Virus record (IMG/VR): IMGVR_UViG_3300009183_004450
Length of the DNA: 20,000 nt
Direction: 5' to 3' (one strand)
Origin: an uncultured virus (IMG/VR IMGVR_UViG_3300009183_004450)
Lineage: Duplodnaviria > Heunggongvirae > Uroviricota > Caudoviricetes
In this document: positions 15,631 through 20,000 of the stretch, one piece after another
How positions within the stretch are numbered: the stretch's first letter is position 1
How the letters are laid out: every line of letters begins with the position of its first letter
Made by a program: the position numbers and the translations under genes
The notes under the pieces: model-generated
Seen by the model: only the letters and a program-made list of their open reading frames with translations
The model's database searches: none
Told to the model about the DNA's origin: nothing

Positions 15631-16229
15631 TAGAATCTCCCAACAGCTATTTCTATAGTCTTGACCAAGCTATCGTCAATTGTTTCTAAACTTTTTCCAA
15701 TTACACAACCTGGACGATATTGACTTTCATCTATCGCTTGTGCTACACCAGGTATACTACTAGTTACTAACAAAGTACCTTTGCTTACTGGGCCTAGTAC
15801 TTGACAAGGAACACGCCCTGTTAGTGCAACAGGAAGACCGTTGGCTGCATTATTCATAAGATAGGCAGGGTTAGTAGAAATTACGCCAGCAACTCGAGTA
15901 TCATGCGATACTCCAGTAACAGTGATTTCGTTATTGCCACCAAATACAACCACAGTACCAGAATTATACAGTGCATCAGGCAGATAGTTTTCTGCCAAGT
16001 CAGCATATTGTGCGCTAGTGGCCGTTGCATTTAAAACTCCGGTTGACGGAGTGAATGTAAATGTTGATGTCACATATGCCAAAGCAGTTGTTCCGCTAGC
16101 TGCAGATTGCATGGCAATATAATACGGAGTTGCGCCCGAGGCAGTGGCCAATGTTAGTGCGGCACTACTCCCGCCGCCACTTGCCGAAGTAGTTCCACTG
16201 CTAACTGTCCTTGGCGAAATTGGGATCAT
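15630..16229 (-). CDS. Short fibre-type protein with C-terminal Peptidase_G2-like intramolecular chaperone/trimerisation domain
   Basis: SAQYADLAENY, GTVVVFGG..EIT, VAGVISTNPAYLMN, VALTGRVPC, KGTLLVTS and VIGKSLE, preceded by a ~70-aa S/T/A-rich segment. Confidence 0.75.
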   Translation of the reverse strand: MIPISPRTVSSGTTSASGGGSSAALTLATASGATPYYIAMQSAASGTTALAYVTSTFTFTPSTGVLNATATSAQYADLAENYLPDALYNSGTVVVFGGNNEITVTGVSHDTRVAGVISTNPAYLMNNAANGLPVALTGRVPCQVLGPVSKGTLLVTSSIPGVAQAIDESQYRPGCVIGKSLETIDDSLVKTIEIAVGRF

Positions 16230-16232
16230 ATA

Positions 16233-19200
16233 TTACGCTTGTGCCTCGGTCCAGGACATACGAGCAAACACGTTAGCGCCACCAATACCAATGTTACGTG
16301 CAACAACCGTAATAATATCTGGGCCGTCTGGGTAAATTGCTGCCTGTACATTACCTTGTCCACCGCTTAAGATACTGGTACCAAGATCACGAACCAGCAC
16401 TAAATCTTGTTGTGTTGACTGATAGTTTGTTCCGCCGCCGCCGGTATTTAAGTAGAAACCAAATATAGTTTCACCACCTGTAACAATAGTATTACCGGTA
16501 TGATTGACATATTGTGCAAGACTTGATCCGCCAACACTGGTCCAGGACGGTGTAGCAATGTTTGGTAATCCGTTCAGTACAATAGTCATTAGGAAGTTAC
16601 CGTTAGTTAATACGTCCATCTGTCGCAGAACCATCTGCATACGATTTATAATTTCTCTGCTGCCTAAGGTAGATCCAGAAATACCGTTACTTACTACTGG
16701 TGCAATACGGAAACTTTGTAATGCTACGGCTTGCCCTGCTCCGGCCGATGCAACCCCAAGTAGTGTGGTCATACCCTGTGTGAAAACCAAGGATTTGTCA
16801 TCGTCGTAACGTCCATCCATGATAACCGAAGTACCCCAGTGACTAATACTAGGAGCAAAACTTGGTGCATGAGATTCTACCACTACTGGTGCAGTAGCGG
16901 AATATGTCCAAGTTTGTGGTGCTTGGCCCATTGGAGCAAATATCATTGCTTGTGTAGTAGACGAAGTGGGTGCTTGGCTTAATAGTATACTTGTGTTTGT
17001 TATTACGCTGTATACAAATGTATTTTCCGGTATACCTGTACCAACTACATACATACCTTGCTGAACATTGGTAGTGTTTGCTGTAGTAACTGTAGCAATG
17101 TTAGCTGTTTGTGTGACTGTTTGTGTAACGCCGGGACTACCACGTGTAACGCCAGTCAATGAAGGAGCAAATTTAACCGACTGTGTGCTAGTAAAAGTAG
17201 CAGGTTGGCTTAATAAAACTGATGACCCTGCAGTTACGCTTACTACTGTTGTACTAACCGGAATGCCATTTGCTTGTACAAACTGTCCAGCAACTACACC
17301 CGTGGTACTGGTACCAGTTATTGTTGGGCTACCAGCAGTCAAGCTCATTGTTAATGTTGCAGTGGCACTTAATCCTGTGTAGTTAATATATTCACTTTGG
17401 CTAGCATTTCTGATCCATGCTGCGCCCGACGGAGGCCAATTTGTAGTGTCTGTCAGATTGATGGTAGTATCTGTAGTAGTCGCATTGGCAGTTAATATCG
17501 CATTCTTAGCAAAAGTATTTGTTTCATATCGTGCAGGTAAGTTTCCTGAACGCATGTATGCTTCATAGTTAATGTTGTTATTAGGTAGTTTATGGCAATA
17601 GATAATATCGCCAGTTGGTCCACGGAATCCCCAACGAATAAATCCGGCACCGTACCATGAATAGTCCATGTAAAACATCTGCATGCGGCTTAGATCTAAG
17701 GTGAATCCACTTGGTCCTGTACCGTCGCAGCGATCAATGTTCCATTGCGATTGCGGAATACGAGTATCAATGGTTTTACTTACAATTGTCAAGTTGGCAT
17801 TAGTCAACCCTCTGTACTGTGGGGTAATATTAGCTGATGTGTCGCTGGTTATATTTAAAATACGATATGATTGGCCTTTAATAACAATATAGTCGTTTGG
17901 TTGTAACTGTTTAGTAAACAGAGTACCAACACCATTATTGGTAGCACCAGACAGTACTGTGCTGCCAGTGGCCACATTAGCAAATCCGGCAAGTTGATAT
18001 GTACTGCTACGTCTCATTGTAAACAACGATTGTCCATCAAATTCAAAGAGGATGCCATTCTGATTATCAAACATGCCCAGACGAGTAGTTGATCCGTACC
18101 AATTGGTAACTGCTAAAGTTGGCGTTCCGGATGCCACAGTGGCACTAGGGACGGCTGCTGCATTGTATGTAAATCTATAAGGATCAATTACACTGGATAC
18201 TGCAAAGGTTCCGTTGTAAGCAGTTTCGTTGCATCCTGAGATTGCAATGTTAACCCCAGGGTTAACATTATGTGAAACTTTTGTATATACAATTACTTGC
18301 GTATTGGCAGCAAATCCTTGTAAGTAATCAATATTGATATTTGGTTTTAAAATAGTACCCGTTGACATCTGGATACCTTTACCAGATTGATAACGGAAGT
18401 AACGTCGAGTCTGACGAATCAATTGATGATTATGGCTCTGAGCAAATGTACTAAACTGTACTCCGCCGTCAAATGAACGATGTAAGAATTGCCCAACTGG
18501 TCGTGCATATAATGTACCACCAGTGACTGATCCAGTTGGAGTATTTGTTACATAAAAATTAAATGACGTACTATTACCAACTGTGGCAACAACCCATGAT
18601 CCGTTTGGTGCATTAGTTGATGCACTTGTGCCTGCCAAGGCTACTTCATTGCCTACGGCCAACCCGTGCGGAATACTAGTTACGCAGTTTACGTTATTGC
18701 CGTTGAAACCAATGCTACCAATTGTAATGGCAGCATTACTAAAGAAGTTACCAACATAACAAATTGTTCTAGTAGAATCGTAAATTGACCCAGATGCGCC
18801 AGTATATTGTAATCTAGCTGTATATGTGAAACTTGTACCAGCACTGACAGAGTCAACTACATAAACACCGTCGGCTGCTGCCCATAGGCTATCTTGTATA
18901 TAGACAATTGATCCTGCCCCTGGAGGAGAAGTAGTTGCAACTGTTACTGTTCTAGACGCATTAGTAACACTGATGTTAGTGATTGTTAGTGGACTAGTTG
19001 TATTGTAAAATCCCAATGGACGATTATTAATCATCGTCAAACTTTCCCACTTAGTACTTTGTGTACCGTATTCAAAGTCAGTATCAATTAGAGCTTGCGG
19101 CGTAGATACTCGGAATTTATTTACAGGGTCTGTGTATAGTTCACTGGGTTTAAAAGTTTCTTCAAATTCATCAATGACAATTTGTAGTTTGTCAGTAGCA

Positions 19201-19439
19201 GACATTGAGGCAGTATTGTAAGTTAATACCACTGTGGTTAGCGTGTTACCTGCTGCGTCAGTTGCAATACCAAAACTAGTAAATTTTAGTGAAGGGTCAG
19301 AAAAGTTATAAATTACTTGATTTGTACTAACATTAGTAATTAATACTATTCTTTCTCTATTAACAGCTCTGGGTATTACTATAGTTTTAGTTGACGGTGT
19401 AAATGTGTAATACGTGTCTAGAATCGTTTTTCTTGCCAT
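16233..19439 (-). CDS. Large modular virion structural protein (fibre/baseplate appendage)
   Basis: 1068 aa, T/S/G/N-rich beta-type sequence. Aromatic core blocks (RQTRRYFRYQSGKG, QSQWNIDRCDGTGPSG, DYSWYGAGFIRWGF, YMRSGNLPARYE) are interrupted by repeated small domains. SD GGAGA at 19444-19448. Confidence 0.8.
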   Translation of the reverse strand: MARKTILDTYYTFTPSTKTIVIPRAVNRERIVLITNVSTNQVIYNFSDPSLKFTSFGIATDAAGNTLTTVVLTYNTASMSATDKLQIVIDEFEETFKPSELYTDPVNKFRVSTPQALIDTDFEYGTQSTKWESLTMINNRPLGFYNTTSPLTITNISVTNASRTVTVATTSPPGAGSIVYIQDSLWAAADGVYVVDSVSAGTSFTYTARLQYTGASGSIYDSTRTICYVGNFFSNAAITIGSIGFNGNNVNCVTSIPHGLAVGNEVALAGTSASTNAPNGSWVVATVGNSTSFNFYVTNTPTGSVTGGTLYARPVGQFLHRSFDGGVQFSTFAQSHNHQLIRQTRRYFRYQSGKGIQMSTGTILKPNINIDYLQGFAANTQVIVYTKVSHNVNPGVNIAISGCNETAYNGTFAVSSVIDPYRFTYNAAAVPSATVASGTPTLAVTNWYGSTTRLGMFDNQNGILFEFDGQSLFTMRRSSTYQLAGFANVATGSTVLSGATNNGVGTLFTKQLQPNDYIVIKGQSYRILNITSDTSANITPQYRGLTNANLTIVSKTIDTRIPQSQWNIDRCDGTGPSGFTLDLSRMQMFYMDYSWYGAGFIRWGFRGPTGDIIYCHKLPNNNINYEAYMRSGNLPARYETNTFAKNAILTANATTTDTTINLTDTTNWPPSGAAWIRNASQSEYINYTGLSATATLTMSLTAGSPTITGTSTTGVVAGQFVQANGIPVSTTVVSVTAGSSVLLSQPATFTSTQSVKFAPSLTGVTRGSPGVTQTVTQTANIATVTTANTTNVQQGMYVVGTGIPENTFVYSVITNTSILLSQAPTSSTTQAMIFAPMGQAPQTWTYSATAPVVVESHAPSFAPSISHWGTSVIMDGRYDDDKSLVFTQGMTTLLGVASAGAGQAVALQSFRIAPVVSNGISGSTLGSREIINRMQMVLRQMDVLTNGNFLMTIVLNGLPNIATPSWTSVGGSSLAQYVNHTGNTIVTGGETIFGFYLNTGGGGTNYQSTQQDLVLVRDLGTSILSGGQGNVQAAIYPDGPDIITVVARNIGIGGANVFARMSWTEAQA

Positions 19440-19478
19440 TTTATCTCCAGAAACCCTTGTATGTTGGTTTTATCAATG

Positions 19479-19484
19479 TATTTA
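19479..19484 (-). promoter_or_regulatory. Late promoter core (GC-TAAATA-C)
   Basis: Lies in the 50-nt gap upstream of the 1068-aa gene. Confidence 0.72.
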
Positions 19485-19489
19485 GCAGA

Positions 19490-20000
19490 TTATGCACCCA
19501 GCATTACATCTAATGGTTTGAACGGATAAATTGAGGGGGTTTGGGTTGGGGTTCCTACTATAGTTCTTGCTGTTATTGTAGATCCAATGTATGGGCTATC
19601 GCTGAATACTACATTACCGTTTATCACAGTGTAGCCCATTTGGGACGATAGACAATGGCCAAGCCATACTGTATCGTAATTTGCTAAAAATGCTGGCTGC
19701 ACTGAGCCGTCAAGCATAACTAAAAGTTGGAACGGATTTGTTAATGTTAGTGTTTGATTGTTTCTACTCAGCTGAAATTCTCTGTTAATACCATCAGTGC
19801 TTATGGGATCACTCTCGTATATTTCAGCTAAAAATGGTTGTCCATTGGCAGTCCAGTTCAGATTGCTACCTACATTGATGTTACCACTGGCAGTGATATT
19901 ACCTGCAATAGAAATATTTGTTAATACTTGTCGTTTCCATGCATTGTTTGTAGAGTTGTAAACATAAGTAATACCGTTTACTATTGTTGTTTGGCCGTTA
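19490..20000 (-). CDS. Virion structural/fibre-type protein (5'-truncated by window)
   Basis: The frame of track ORF 19490-19717 stays open to the edge: NGQTTIVNGITYVYNSTNNAWKRQ...TDGINREFQL...NPFQLLVMLDGSVQ...VVFSDSP. Confidence 0.8.
   Translation of the reverse strand, partial: NGQTTIVNGITYVYNSTNNAWKRQVLTNISIAGNITASGNINVGSNLNWTANGQPFLAEIYESDPISTDGINREFQLSRNNQTLTLTNPFQLLVMLDGSVQPAFLANYDTVWLGHCLSSQMGYTVINGNVVFSDSPYIGSTITARTIVGTPTQTPSIYPFKPLDVMLGA

Noticed and set aside
16445..16450. TAAATAC inside the end of the 1068-aa gene
   Set aside because: Could be an internal promoter for the 199-aa gene, but it is ~215 nt away and indistinguishable from chance.
605..17892. Short antisense or nested ORFs in the track (e.g. 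605-877, 2022-2942, 4747-7413, 8299-8712, 10155-11403, 12652-14252, 16144-17892)
   Set aside because: They are shadows of well-supported genes, with no initiation signals or recognisable motifs.
1..20000. Stop-codon reassignment, introns/inteins, tRNAs, CRISPR arrays, DGR repeats
   Set aside because: Genes are intact and tightly packed in code 11, with TAA, TAG and TGA all used as stops. No gap exceeds ~100 nt, and I saw no long nucleotide repeats or reverse transcriptase. A self dot-plot was not run.

Overview
The window is almost fully coding, in the standard genetic code, and is the virion-assembly region of a large myovirus distantly related to T4 (probably a jumbo phage; size cannot be seen here). 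It encodes a putative small terminase, a gp4-like head-completion nuclease, a tail-tube paralogue, tail tube (gp19), an enlarged tail sheath (gp18), neck proteins (gp13, gp14), a tail terminator (gp15) and several fibre-type proteins. A Zn-finger/HNH protein, a dNMP kinase, a NUDIX hydrolase, a glycosyltransferase-like protein and unknown genes are interleaved. Protein calls come from motifs I recognised by eye, not database searches. The most interesting signal is in the short intergenic gaps. Three near-consensus sigma70 (early) promoters are embedded among about ten relaxed T4-type late promoters (TAAATA). Both co-directional early/late boundaries carry a hairpin that overlaps the downstream gene's promoter and hides its Shine-Dalgarno sequence. 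Several genes appear leaderless. Several ORF-track starts were corrected, and two ORFs running off the window ends were added or extended.
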